Shown piece after piece: positions 45,284 through 57,530 of a DNA stretch of 62,666 nt (its first letter is position 1; every line of letters begins with the position of its first letter). Both the position numbers and the translations under genes were made by a program. The notes under the pieces were generated by a model. It was not told where the DNA came from. It saw nothing but the letters and a program-made list of their open reading frames with translations, and did not search any database. The stretch spans positions 1 through 62,666 of the forward strand of contig QPMI01000329.1 in the NCBI GenBank assembly GCA_004431415.1. The letters run 5' to 3'. The DNA is from Cyanophora paradoxa CCMP329. Its lineage: Eukaryota > Plantae > Glaucophyta.

Positions 45284-47078
45284 TCAGAAAACTCCACCTC
45301 CACGACACGCCGTCGGCCCAGCTGCCAAGTGGACCTCAGGGTTGTCGTCCCATGTGAAAAACTCTTTAAGAAAACCGTCACAATCCGGCACGAAATGATT
45401 GCCACGAACTCTAAATTCCACGAGACACTGATATCCAGGAGCAATTTTAGCATCCTTGGCAACTTCCAAGACAAATCCGTGATCCTCAGAAATTCTGCGA
45501 CTGCTGGAATTATCCGAGGGGATTTCATCTTGAGCACCTGGCGAAGGTGATGGTTGCTCTGATGCGCCGCCCAGCACAGGAAGAATCTTGCACTGGACTG
45601 GCTTGTCCGGAAACCGGTCGAAAGTCAGAGTCCGATCTGCGGAGCCAACATTTTTGTAAGTGACCCCATTCTCGGAGAAAAAGTCCTGGCCCAAAATGCC
45701 GTCGAGAGCATAACCAGGAAAGTCTACAACAAGAAATGGAAAACTCTTGGTGAGCGGCCCAATTGTGGCCGATAAGCTGATCTCACCAGGAACAGTCACA
45801 AGCGTCGAATTTGGCAGCTTAACAGATGGAGTGAAACGATTGCGAAACACTTTATGATTAAGTCCAAGTTGGGAAATAGTCTTTGAGAGGATAATGGAGA
45901 CATCTGCCCCGCTGTCCAATAAGAAAGAGTGATTTTTGCCTTGGATTTCGACTTCCACAATCGATCTCCCTGGAGCAGACGCGAATCGCCGCTCAGCTGG
46001 AGCATTATTGTAGGAGTCCAAGGAACATACATTAATTGAAGCACGGCCATCATTGTTGAAACTAATTCCAAGAGACACAATTTTTCGATTTCTTTCAAGT
46101 GGTAGGAAATGCTTGCGCGAGTGCAAATGCTCGTGAAGTCGTGAACTAGCCGAAATGAAAGTGCCAAAGTGGCCTCTCTCGAACTGTCCAAAACTTTTTG
46201 AAACAAGCACTTCCCGGGACGAATACCCTTTTCCACTTCTCGGGGAAGATCCCCTTTTTGAAACAAACACTTCTTGGGGAAGATCCCCTTTTCCACTCGG
46301 AATTTGAGAATTTGAAGCACGCAAATGCGGTTGACCATCCGGCACACTGACCAGGATTGTATCCAAAGAATCAATTCTACAACTACTAGCATCTTTCTTT
46401 TCATTGGCAACGATAGGGAAATTGGTTGATTGGGAAATAGTGGATGGTGAAAGAGAAGAAGAAAAGAGATGATCAGAACAACTGTTGACTTGTTTCGAAG
46501 TTCGAAAGCTGCTCCGAAAGTGGCTGGTTTCTTGGCCCCCCCAGCCTGGCGGGCAGAAACAGGCTGTTTTAGGCTTTTCCTGCAGAGCGGGGCTGCGAAG
46601 CGCCCCGACCCTTGGGGTCAGCCGACGACCCACGGCGCTCAACGGAGCGACCGCGATCATCGCCACCAGAATAATTTGCAAAATCACGAGAATCGCGCTG
46701 GGAATATTTGCCATTCCCACGACCACGACCTCCGTATCCACCACGATTGAAGTTGTAATTTCCACGCCAAGTGTCACCCTGGGGGCGAGAACTCACTTGG
46801 TAAGCAATATTTTTAATTTCTTCTACTACAGAACTCATTGTGCGCTTGAAATCCGAGCGCATTCCATCCACGTCAGAACGCAACTCATCAATCTTTGAAT
46901 CCATGCGAGCAGAAACTGTTTTCACTTCAGCCCGTACTTTGTCCACAACAAAATATTCAATCTCGGCACGAGTCATACCGGTGGACGAGGCAGGGGAACC
47001 ACGCTCTGTAGGAAGAGACGTTGGACCCACTCCTGGCGTCATTGAAACACCGGGAAATTTAGAAAGTCCAAGGGAGTC
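45284..47078 (-). mobile_element. Ty3/Gypsy family 2 fragment: C-terminal Gag (RG-rich; stop at 46569), recoding signal and aspartic protease
   Basis: FLLDSGADVS, DGILGQDF; clear protein and nucleotide similarity to 27975-29250. Confidence 0.85.
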
Positions 47079-47388
47079 CTTGGACTTGACAAGGTTCTTG
47101 GCAATCTTCGCAAGAAGTACTACTGGAGAACAATGGCTGAAGACGTCAAGAAATACGTCGAGCAATGCAAGAAGTGCCAATTCCGCAAACCATTAACTGG
47201 TCGGTCTCAAGCTCCTCAGCAAATGGTTCCCGCTTCTCGACCCTTCGAAGTTGTCGAGTTGGATTTCATTGGACCTCTCCCTACTACATCTCGCGGCAAT
47301 CGGTATATTTGCACTGCCATTTGCGTATACACAGGTTATCCGGAGGCTGTCGCAACACCATCTATGTCAGCCAAGGCTGCTTGCAACG
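47079..47388 (+). mobile_element. Integrase fragment (zinc finger to first Asp), family 1-related
   Basis: LDKVLGNLRKKYYW...CKKCQFRKP...LDFIGPLP; highly similar at protein level to 56470-56770. Confidence 0.88.
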
Positions 47389-47687
47389 CAGCTGTCTTTG
47401 CCACTGCCGCGGTTCAGCCGCCATGGCGCCCGCCAGAACGAATCTGAACACGTTCTTACCGAGACGGGAAGCGCGTTCAACCGCTACGATCGCTCGCTTA
47501 GCCAGCGAGCTCGAAGCGGTCATCGGGGCAGCCCCGAACCCAACCTCGAAACTAGAAAACTAACACCCCTCCCTATCATGCAAACCTGCCAGAGTGCTCT
47601 GGGGAATCCCAACGCTCCCTGCCTGCTGTTTCATGTGGGTGGGGACCCCTGTGGGATTTCGGGGGGCAATGGGGGCAGCCCCGAACC

Positions 47688-47712
47688 CAGAGAGAGAGAG
47701 AGAGAGAGAGAG
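47688..47712 (+). repeat. (AG)n microsatellite joining a satellite monomer (47521-47687) to the GT7 segment
   Basis: Directly visible. Confidence 0.9.
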
Positions 47713-47808
47713 CAAGTAAAAGCAACGAGGAGACATTGCGGGTGCATCGCTGCTCATCTTGTATTTATTTCCTGCCGATTATGTGAAAAGATCGTGAATT
47801 GGAGAAGC

Positions 47809-48738
47809 ATGCACATCTCTCGCTTCTTGACAGGAAGCTTGACGACTCTTCTTCTTATCCTTGCGGCTGCAAAGATGAACACGCTTTCCAGCACATGCAC
47901 TTGCGTTGCTGATTCAGAAGTTTCCATGCACTCGCTTAGCCGGATGACCAAGTTCGCCGTAGGTAGCCAAGCATGGAATACAGATTATAAAATGGATCAC
48001 GTTGCACTAATTGTTCCATACAGAGACCGCGCAAAACATTTGACAGAATTTTTGATGGAAACAAGGAGTTTTCTGCGGAATCAAAATGTCAGGTTCCAAA
48101 CTTTCATTATTGAACAAAATAATGTGTACAAATTCAATCGCGGAGCACTTTTCAACATCGCAGCAATACTTCTTTCCAAATCTTCGTTCAATTTTTTCAT
48201 TTTCCACGATGTTGACCTTATCCCTGTAAGCCCAGAGCTTGTTTATTCTTTTTCTAAAGACAAACCTTATCACATTAGCCCACCAGGAATTCATTGGTCT
48301 GCAGATTATGACACTTTTTTCGGAGGGGCGGCTATTTTCTTCAAGCCTCTGTTTTTCAAGATTCATGGTTTTAATCCCGAAATCTGGGGATGGGGACAAG
48401 AGGACAATAATCTACAAGCACGATGTGCAGCACATGGGTTGTGGCCACCTTTATATCCACCAAAGCGATCACGGTCATATATCAGGCATTTATCCTTGAA
48501 CCACACTGATAGAGTTGGAAGGGATCCAGCACTCAACTCTAAGTTAGAGCAGAATCTGATAACTGGCATCTCTGAGACGGCTTTTTGGGTGCAAGAAATC
48601 GAATCGAACAACATTTCGATTCATGTACATGTTCATATTTTCTGTAATGTAACATCCACCCCTTTTTGTGTGACTGGAGTTCAGCAGAAAGCTTTTCTTC
48701 CAGGCATTGGCTATGTAGATGAAATACAGAGTATATGA
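47809..48738 (+). CDS. Glycosyltransferase family 7 (beta-1,4-galactosyltransferase-like), intronless, 309 aa
   Basis: IVPYRDR..HL, IIEQ, FNRGALFN, FHDVDL, FFGG, WGWGQED; N-terminal hydrophobic anchor. The track's longer N-terminus is read-through from satellite. Confidence 0.9.
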   Translation: MHISRFLTGSLTTLLLILAAAKMNTLSSTCTCVADSEVSMHSLSRMTKFAVGSQAWNTDYKMDHVALIVPYRDRAKHLTEFLMETRSFLRNQNVRFQTFIIEQNNVYKFNRGALFNIAAILLSKSSFNFFIFHDVDLIPVSPELVYSFSKDKPYHISPPGIHWSADYDTFFGGAAIFFKPLFFKIHGFNPEIWGWGQEDNNLQARCAAHGLWPPLYPPKRSRSYIRHLSLNHTDRVGRDPALNSKLEQNLITGISETAFWVQEIESNNISIHVHVHIFCNVTSTPFCVTGVQQKAFLPGIGYVDEIQSI

Positions 48739-49284
48739 GCAATTTGGAATTCGGCATGTATGACCCAGATCGACGGGCACACGCACCCGTGGCCTGGTCC
48801 CTCACAAATGGTCAGGCAGGGCGGTGCTGGCGTTCCCCAGAGCATCCCCAGAGCAGAGGGGTGGGGGGAGGAGGGGGGGCCTTCCCCGCGTGAGTGGATG
48901 TCTTATATATATATATATATATATTGGCCCCCCCCCATAATTTTTCTCCCAGGTGCCCGCCCGAAATGGGGTCCAGGAATCGAACCCGGGTTTTTTTGAT
49001 ACTGCAAGAAGAAGAGTATGTATAAGACACGCCCAAGCCGGTTGTGCGGTACTGCAGACGGCGACCCCCCACACCCATTGGACGCCCTTTACCCGAATTT
49101 GCCCCTCACAGGTCTCGCACCCCGGTGAGATTTCGGGGGTGGGGACCCCAGTGAGATTTCAGGGGGGCGATGGGGGCAGCCCTGAACCCAACCTCGAAAC
49201 TAGAAAACTAACACCCCTCCCTATCATGCAAACCTGCCAGAGTGCTCTGGCGAATCCCAACGCTCCCTGCCTGCTGTTTTGTGT

Positions 49285-49610
49285 CGATCTCTTGGAGACC
49301 AATGCATTGGTCTCGACTTGATTGGTGGATGATCCCCTGTATCAATGCTGTGTTCACCTGGCAAACATTTGTCTTCACGGAAAATAAACTTGTTCTCAAA
49401 TACATCACAGTTGTTTTTGAAGAGCTCTTTCATTTTTGATTTTTGCTCTGGTGTTGAATCTGCAAAACCAAAATCCAACAAAGACTCTATGGCATCAAAG
49501 TACGACTTGTCAAAAGAGGGGTCAATGGTTGAGGTCACATCATCTTTCTCTTTAAGAAGACTGAGTGAATAAATCTCGTAATTAGATTCTGTTATCCAGG
49601 ACGCCACCAT
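49285..49610 (-). mobile_element. Family 1-related Ty3 fragment (pre-RT linker)
   Basis: STIDPSFDKSYFD...NNCDVF...CLPGEHSIDTG aligns with the protein encoded at about 22135-22383. Confidence 0.85.
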
Positions 49611-52600
49611 GCATGATGGGGAGGGGTGTGAGTTTTCTAGTTTCGGGGTTGGGTTCGGGGTGGCTCCGACCGCCCCCCGAAATTTCACAGGGGTCCCCAC
49701 CCACACCAAACAGCAGGCAGGGGGCGCTGGGATTCGCCAGAGCACTCTGGCAGGTTTGCATGATAGGGAGGGGTGTTAGTTTTCTAGTTTCGAGGTTGGG
49801 TTTGGGGCTGCCCCAATCGCCCCCCGAAATCTCACAGGGGTCCCCACCCACACGAAACAGAAGGAAGGGAGCGCTGGGATCCGCCAGAGCACTCTGGCAG
49901 GTTTGCATGATAGGGAGGGGTGTTAGTTTTCTAGTTTCGGGGTTGGGTTCGGGGTGGCTCCGACCGCCCCCCGAAATTTCACAGGGGTCCCCACCCACAC
50001 CAAACAGCAGGCAGCATGATAGGGAGGGGTGTTGGTTTTCTAGTTTCGGGGTTGGGTTCGGGGCTGCCCCCATTGCCCCCCCAAATCTCACAGGGGTCCC
50101 CACCCACATGAAACAGCAGGCAGGGAACGCTGGGATTCGCCAGAGCACTCTGGCAGGTCTGCATGATAGGGAGGGGTGTAAGGTTTCTAGTTTCGAGGTG
50201 GGGTTTGGGGCTGCCCCAATCGCCCCCCGACATCTCACAGGGGTCCCCACCCACAGGAAACAGCAGGAAGGGAGCGCTGGGATTCGCCAGAGCACTCTGG
50301 CAGGTCTGAATGATAGGGAGGGGTGTAAGTTTTCTAGTTTCGGGGTTGGGTTCGGGGTGGCTCCGACCGCCCCCCGAAATCTCACAGGGGTCCCCACCCA
50401 CACGAAACAGCAGGCAGGGAGCGCTGGGATTCGCCAGAGCACTCTGGCAGGGTTGCATGATGGGGAGGGGTGTGAGTTTTCTAGTTTCGGGGTTGGGTTC
50501 GGGGTGGCTCCGACCGCCCCCCGAAATTTCACAGAGGTCCCCACCCACACCAAACAGCAGGCAGGGGGCGCTGGGATTCGCCAGAGCACTCTGGCAGGTT
50601 TGCATGATAGGGAGGGGTGTTCGTTTTCTAGTTTCGAGGTTGGGTTCGGGGCTGCCCCCATAGCCCCCTGAAATCTCACAGGGGTCCCCACCCACACGGA
50701 ACAGCAGGCAGGGAGCGCTGGGATTCGCCAGAGCACTCTGGCAGGTTTGTATGATAGGGAGGGGTTTTTTTTCCTAGTTTCGAGGTTGGGTTTGGGGCTG
50801 CCCCAATCGCCCCCCCAAATCTCACAGGGGTCCCCACCCACACGAAACAGCAGGCAGGGAGCGCTGGGATTCGCCAGAGCACTCTGGCAGGTTTGCATGA
50901 TAGATTTCAGGGGGCGATTGGGGCAGCCCCAAACCCAACCTCGAAACTAGAAAACTAACACCCCTCCCTATCATGCAAACCTGCCAGAGTGCTCTGGCGA
51001 ATCCCAGCGCCCCCTGCCTGCTGTTTCGTGTGGGTGGGGACCCCTGTGAAATTTCGGGGGGTGGTCGGAGCCTCCCCGAACCCAACCCCGAAACTAGAAA
51101 ACTCACACCCCTCCCCATCATGCAAACCTGCCAGAGTGCTCTGGCGAATCCCAGCGCTCCCTGCCTGCTGTTTCGTGTGGGTGGGGACCCCTGTGAGATT
51201 TCGGGGGGCGATGGGGGCAGCCCCAAACCCAACCTCGAAACTAGAAAACTAACACCCCTCCCTATCATGCAAACCTGCCAGAGTGCTCTGGCGAATCCCA
51301 GCGCTCCCCACCTGCTGTTTCGTGTGGGTGAGGACCCCTGTGAGATTTCGGGGGGCGATGGGGGTAGCCCTGAACCCAACGCCCAAACTAGAAAACTAAC
51401 ACCCCTCCTTTTCATGCAAACCTGCCAGAGTGCTCTGGCGGATCCCAGCACTCCCACTCTGGCAGGTTTGCATGATGGGGAGGGGTGTGAGTTTTCTAGT
51501 TTCGGGGTTGGGTTCGGGGTGGCTCCGACCGCCCCCGAAATTTCACAGGGGTCCCCACCCACACGAAACAGCAGGCAGGGAGCGCTGGGATTCGCCAGAG
51601 CACTCTGGCAGGTTTGCATGATAGGGAGGGGTGTTCGTTTTCTAGTTTCGAGGTTGGGTTCGGGGCTGCCCCCATAGCCCCCTGAAATCTCACAGGGGTC
51701 CCCACCCACACGGAACAGCAGGCAGGGAGCGCTGGGATTCGCCAGAGCACTCTGGCAGGTTTGTATGATAGGGAGGGTTTTTTTTCCTAGTTTCGAGGTT
51801 GGGTTTGGGGCTGCCCAAATCGCCCCCCCAAATCTCACAGGGGTCCCCACCCACACGAAACAGCAGGCAGGGAGCGCTGGGATTCGCCAGAGCACTCTGG
51901 CAGGTTTGCATGATAGATTTCAGGGGGTGATTGGGGCAGCCCCAAACCCAACCTCGAAACTAGAAAACTAACACCCCTCCCTATCATGCAAACCTGCCAG
52001 AGTGCTCTGGCGAATCCCAGCGCCCCCTGCCTGCTGTTTGGTGTGGGTGGGGACCCCTGTGAAATTTCGGGGGGTGGTTGGAGCCTCCCCGAACCCAACC
52101 CCGAAACTAGAAAACTCACACCCCTCCCCATCATGCAAACCTGCCAGAGTGCTCTGGCGAATCCCAGCGCTCCCTGCCTGCTGTTTCGTGTGGGTGGGGA
52201 CCCCTGTGAGATTTCAGGGGGCGATCGGTGCAGCCCCAAACCCAACCTCGAAACTAGAAAACTAACACCCCTCCCTATCATGCAAACCTGCCAGAGTGCT
52301 CTGGCGAATCCCAGCGCTCCCCACCTGCTGTTTCAAGTGGGTGGGGACCCCTGTGAGATTTCGGGGGGCGATGGGGGTAGCCCTGAACCCAACGCCGAAA
52401 CTAGAAAACTAACACCCCTCCTTTTCATGCAAACCTGCCAGAGTGCTCTGGCGGATCCCAGCACTCCCACTCTGGCAGGTTTGCATGATGGGGAGGGGTG
52501 TGAGTTTTCTAGTTTCGGGGTTGGGTTCGGGGTGGCTCCGACCGCCCCCGAAATTTCACAGGGGTCCCCACCCACAACAAACAGCAGGCAGGGGGCGCTG

Positions 52601-55600
52601 GGATTCGCCAGAGCACTCTGGCAGGTTTGCATGATAGGGAGGGGTGTTCGTTTTCTAGTTTCGAGGTTGGGTTCGGGGCTGCCCCCATAGCCCCTGAAAT
52701 CTCACAGGGGTCCCCACCCACACGGAACAGCAGGCAGGGAGCGCTGGGATTCGCCAGAGCACTCTGGCAGGTTTGTATGATAGGGAGGGTTTTTTTTCCT
52801 AGTTTCGAGGTTGGGTTTGGGGCTGCCCAAATCGCCCCCCCAAATCTCACAGGGGTCCCCACCCACACGAAACAGCAGGCAGGGAGCGCTGGGATTCGCC
52901 AGAGCACTCTGGCAGGTTTGCATGATAGATTTCAGGGGGCGATTGGGGCAGCCCCAAACCCAACCTCGAAACTAGAAAACTAACACCCCTCCCTATCATG
53001 CAAACCTGCCAGAGTGCTCTGGCGAATCCCAGCGCCCCCTGCCTGCTGTTTGGTGTGGGTGGGGACCCCTGTGAAATTTCGGGGGGTGGTTGGAGCCTCC
53101 CCGAACCCAACCCCGAAACTAGAAAACTCACACCCCTCCCCATCATGCAAACCTGCCAGAGTGCTCTGGCGAATCCCAGCGCTCCCTGCCTGCTGTTTCG
53201 TGTGGGTGGGGACCCCTGTGAGATTTCAGGGGGCGATCGGTGCAGCCCCAAACCCAACCTTGAAACTAGAAAACTAACACCCCTCCCTATCATGCAAACC
53301 TGCCAGAGTGCTCTGGCGAATCCCAGCGCTCCCCACCTGCTGTTTCAAGTGGGTGGGGACCCCTGTGAGATTTCGGGGGGCGATGGGGGTAGCCCTGAAC
53401 CCAACGCCGAAACTAGAAAACTAACACCCCTCCCTTTCATGCAAACCTGCCAGAGTGCTCTGGCGGATCCCAGCACTCCCACTCTGGCAGGTTTGCATGA
53501 TGGGGAGGGGTGTGAGTTTTCTAGTTTCGGGGTTGGGTTCGGGGTGGCTCCGACCGCCCCCCGAAATTTCACAGGGGTCCCCACCCACACCAAACAGCAG
53601 GCAGGGGGCGCTGGGATTCGCCAGAGCACTCTGGCAGGTTTGCATGATAGGGAGGGGTGTTAGTTTTCTAGTTTCGAGGTTGGGTTTGGGGCTGCCCCAA
53701 TCGCCCCCTGAAATCTCACAGGGGTCCCCACCCACACGAAACAGCAGGCAGGGAGTGCTGGGATCCGCCAGAGCACTCTGGCAGGTTTGCATGATGGGGA
53801 GGGGTGTTAGTTTTCTAGTTTTGGCGTTGGGTTCAGGGCTACCCCCATCACCCCCCGAAATCTCACAGGGGTCCCCACCCACACGAAACAGCAGGCAGGG
53901 AGCGCTGGGATTCGCCAGAGCACTCTGGCAGGTTTGCATGATAGGGAGGGGTGTTCGTTTTCTAGTTTCGAGGTTGGGTTCGGGGCTGCCCCCATAGCCC
54001 CTGAAATCTCACAGGGGTCCCCACCCACACGGAACAGCAGGCAGGGAGCGCTGGGATTCGCCAGAGCACTCTGGCAGGTTTGTATGATAGGGAGGGTTTT
54101 TTTTCCTAGTTTCGAGGTTGGGTTCGGGGCTGCCCAATCGCCCCCCAAATCTCACAGGGTCCCCACCCACACGAAACAGCAGGCAGGGAGCGCTGGGATT
54201 CGCCAGAGCACTCTGGCAGGTTTGCATGATAGATTTCAGGGGGCGATTGGGGCAGCCCCAAACCCAACCTCGAAACTAGAAAACTAACACCCCTCCCTAT
54301 CATGCAAACCTGCCAGAGTGCTCTGGCGAATCCCAGCGCCCCCTGCCTGCTGTTTGGTGTGGGTGGGGACCCCTGTGAAATTTCGGGGGGTGGTCGGAGC
54401 CTCCCCGAACCCAACCCCGAAACTAGAAAACTCACACCCCTCCCTATCATGCAAACCTGCCAGAGTGCTCTGGCGAATCCCAGCGCTCCCTGCCTGCTGT
54501 TTCGTGTGGGTGGGGACCCCTGTGAGATTTCAGGGGGCGATTGGTGCAGCCCCAAACCCAACCTCGAATCTAGAAAACTAACACCCCTCCCTATCATGCA
54601 AACCTGCCAGAGTGCTCTGGCAAATCCCAGCGCTCCCCGCCTGCTGTTTCGTGTGGGTGGGGACCCCTGTGAGATTTCGGGGGGCGATGGGGGTAGCCCT
54701 GAACCCAACGCCGAAACTAGAAAACTAACACCCCTCCTTTTCATGCAAACCTGCCAGAGTGCTCTGGCGGATCCCAGCACTCCCACTCTGGCAGGTTTGC
54801 ATGATGGGGAGGGGTGTGAGTTTTCTAGTTTCGGGGTTGGGTTCGGGGTGGCTCCGACCGCCCCCCAAAATTTCACAGGGGTCCCCACCCACAACAAACA
54901 GCAGGCAGGGGGCGCTGGGATTCGCCAGAGCACTCTGGCAGGTTTGCATGATAGGGAGGGGTGTTCGTTTTCTAGTTTCGAGGTTGGGTTCGGGGCTGCC
55001 CCCATAGCCCCCTGAAATCTCACAGGGGTCCCCACCCACACGGAACAGCAGGCAGGGAGCGCTGGGATTCGCCAGAGCACTCTGGCAGGTTTGTATGATA
55101 GGGAGGGTTTTTTTTCCTAGTTTCGAGGTTGGGTTTGGGGCTGCCCAAATCGCCCCCCCAAATCTCACAGGGGTCCCCACCCACACGAAACAGCAGGCAG
55201 GGAGCGCTGGGATTCGCCAGAGCACTCTGGCAGGTTTGCATGATAGATTTCAGGGGGCGATTGGGGCAGCCCCAAACCCAACCTCGAAACTAGAAAACTA
55301 ACACCCCTCCCTATCATGCAAACCTGCCAGAGTGCTCTGGCGAATCCCAGCGCCCCCTGCCTGCTGTTTGGTGTGGGTGGGACCCCTGTGAAATTTCGGG
55401 GGTGGTTGGAGCCTCCCGAACCCAACCCGAAACTAGAAAACTCACACCCCTCCCCATCATGCAAACCTGCCAGAGTGCTCTGGCGAATCCCAGCGCTCCC
55501 TGCCTGCTGTTTCGTGTGGGTGGGGACCCCTGTGAGATTTCAGGGGCGATCGGTGCAGCCCCAAACCCAACCTTGAAACTAGAAAACTAACACCCCTCCC

Positions 55601-56198
55601 TATCATGCAAACCTGCCAGAGTGCTCTGGCGAATCCCAGCGCTCCCCACCTGCTGTTTCAAGTGGGTGGGGACCCCTGTGAGATTTCGGGGGGCGATGGG
55701 GGTAGCCCTGAACCCAACGCCGAAACTAGAAAACTAACACCCCTCCCTTTCATGCAAACCTGCCAGAGTGCTCTGGCGGATCCCAGCACTCCCACTCTGG
55801 CAGGTTTGCATGATGGGGAGGGGTGTGAGTTTTCTAGTTTCGGGGTTGGGTTCGGGGTGGCTCCGACCGCCCCCCGAAATTTCACAGGGGTCCCCACCCA
55901 CACCAAACAGCAGGCAGGGGGCGCTGGGATTCGCCAGAGCACTCTGGCAGGTTTGCATGATAGGGAGGGGTGTTAGTTTTCTAGTTTCGAGGTTGGGTTT
56001 GGGGCTGCCCCAATCGCCCCCTGAAATCTCACAGGGGTCCCCACCCACACGAAACAGCAGGCAGGGAGTGCTGGGATCCGCCAGAGCACTCTGGCAGGTT
56101 TGCATGATGGGGAGGGGTGTTAGTTTTCTAGTTTTGGCGTTGGGTTCAGGGCTACCCCCATCGCCCCCCGAAATCTCACAGGGGTCCCCACCCACACA
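49611..56198. repeat. 147-bp satellite organised as a roughly 1013/1304-bp higher-order repeat, each unit containing two inversion junctions
   Basis: Junction catga-tagatttcaggggg at 50901, 51914, 52926, 54230, 55244. Junction gatcccagcactcccactctgg at 51441, 52454, 53466, 54770, 55779. Confidence 0.93.
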
Positions 56199-57448
56199 AC
56201 GCTCAGATAAGCACTTACGAAGCATAATTAACATATTAGAAGGACATCCAAGCAGCGATGAAGCAATCAACCGGAAGGCAAAACTTTTCCGGCTGAACAA
56301 GGATGGTATCCTGGTTTTTGCGGCATCCAACCTGAACCCACGAGTAGTTATTCCCTCTTCCATGTCATTGGATCTCATTCGAGACGCTCATGATAATCCC
56401 TTGTCTGGTCACTTCGGCGTTGACAAGGTGCTCGCGGCTTGGGCGTGTCTTATACATACTCTTCTTCTTTGACAAGGTGCTCGCGCAACTCCGCAAAAAT
56501 TACTTTTGGGAGAGCATGCAAGAAGATGTCAAAAAGTATATTACACAATGTCAGAAATGTCAGTTTCGGAAACCTTTAACTGGTCGTTCGCAAGCACCTC
56601 AGCTGACAGTTCCGGCATCAAGTCCCTTCGAAGTTGTTGAACTTGATTTTATCGGTCCTCTTCCGACTACATCTCGTGGAAATCGTTTTATCTGCACTGC
56701 AATCTGCGTTTACACAGGTTACGCTGAGGCCGAGGCGACTCCTTCCATGTCTGCTAAGTCCGCGTGCAACATGATCTACAATCACATTATATGTTGTCAT
56801 GGCTGTCCGTGGATGATCTATACGGACCAAGGCGGAGCATTTGCAAGCAAGGTGACGAAGCTTCTGTTGTCAAAACTCGGCATCAAGTCAGTTCTCAGCA
56901 CTGGTTATCGGCCTATGGCTACAGGGAAAATCGAACGGCTGAATCAGACGCTCAAGAACATCATCTACAATTATATTAACGAAGACCACGACAACTGGGA
57001 TAAATATTTGGCTCCGGCGTTGTTTGCAGTTCGGACGCACATAAACGCAACCACCGGAACATCGCCGTTCTTTTTGACGTACGGTCGTGACCCGGTGATG
57101 CCATACGACACCTATGTTCCAACTGCGGAATTGCGACCTCCCGATTACGTGACACAAATGATTTCCGATTTGAACGCTGCTATGGCGAAGGTCGATACAA
57201 TTAAACTCAAAAAGGATTCAAAAATTGCGGAGGCAGCGGCCAAAAACGACTGGACAGAATTTTGCATCGACGACATGGTCCTTCTACGCGACCCATCTTC
57301 ATCTGGTTTTCAGCCTCGATTTACAGGGCCTTACGCGGTGCTCAAGCGTACCTCGGCGGTCAACTACCTGCTCTGGGACCCGGAACGCCCAAAGTTTCCC
57401 TTCGTAGCGCACGTCGATCGAATGCGGCCCTACGTAGCTCAGATCTAG
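56199..57448 (+). pseudogene. Ty3/Gypsy family 1 integrase, 5'-truncated and disrupted by a 49-bp insertion plus duplication
   Basis: HDNPLSGHFG...CQKC, LDFIGP, TDQG, TGKIERLN, RFTGPY, HVDRMRPY; followed by PPT and LTR. Confidence 0.92.
56437..56468 (+). mobile_element. 32-bp insertion with a 17-bp target-site duplication
   Basis: ttgacaaggtgctcgcg (56420-56436 and 56469-56485) flanks gcttgggcgtgtcttatacatactcttcttct. The same sequence occurs inverted at 49007-49038. Confidence 0.85.
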
Positions 57449-57449
57449 C

Positions 57450-57530
57450 GGAGAGGGGGTGTTAGCCCCCCCCCCCTTATGACTCTTGTCCCTTGGGTCT
57501 TGCCCCTTCAGAGAGTGTCTTGTCTTTTCG
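57450..57530 (+). repeat. Polypurine tract (57450-57459) and truncated 3' LTR (57460-57530) of family 1
   Basis: ggagaggggg then tgttagccc...tgtcttttcg, matching 20092-20161. Confidence 0.9.

Noticed and set aside
47251-47808. N-terminal extension of the 495-aa GT7 ORF, and similar satellite-fused long ORFs (58141, 35477, 55734)
   Set aside because: Chance read-through across junctions from stop-free satellite frames.
48965-49090. tRNA gene on the minus strand (GGTTCGATTCC B-box, GTCCAATGG A-box-like)
   Set aside because: No convincing cloverleaf, and it is interrupted by the 32-bp unit. At most a tRNA-derived SINE head or pseudogene.
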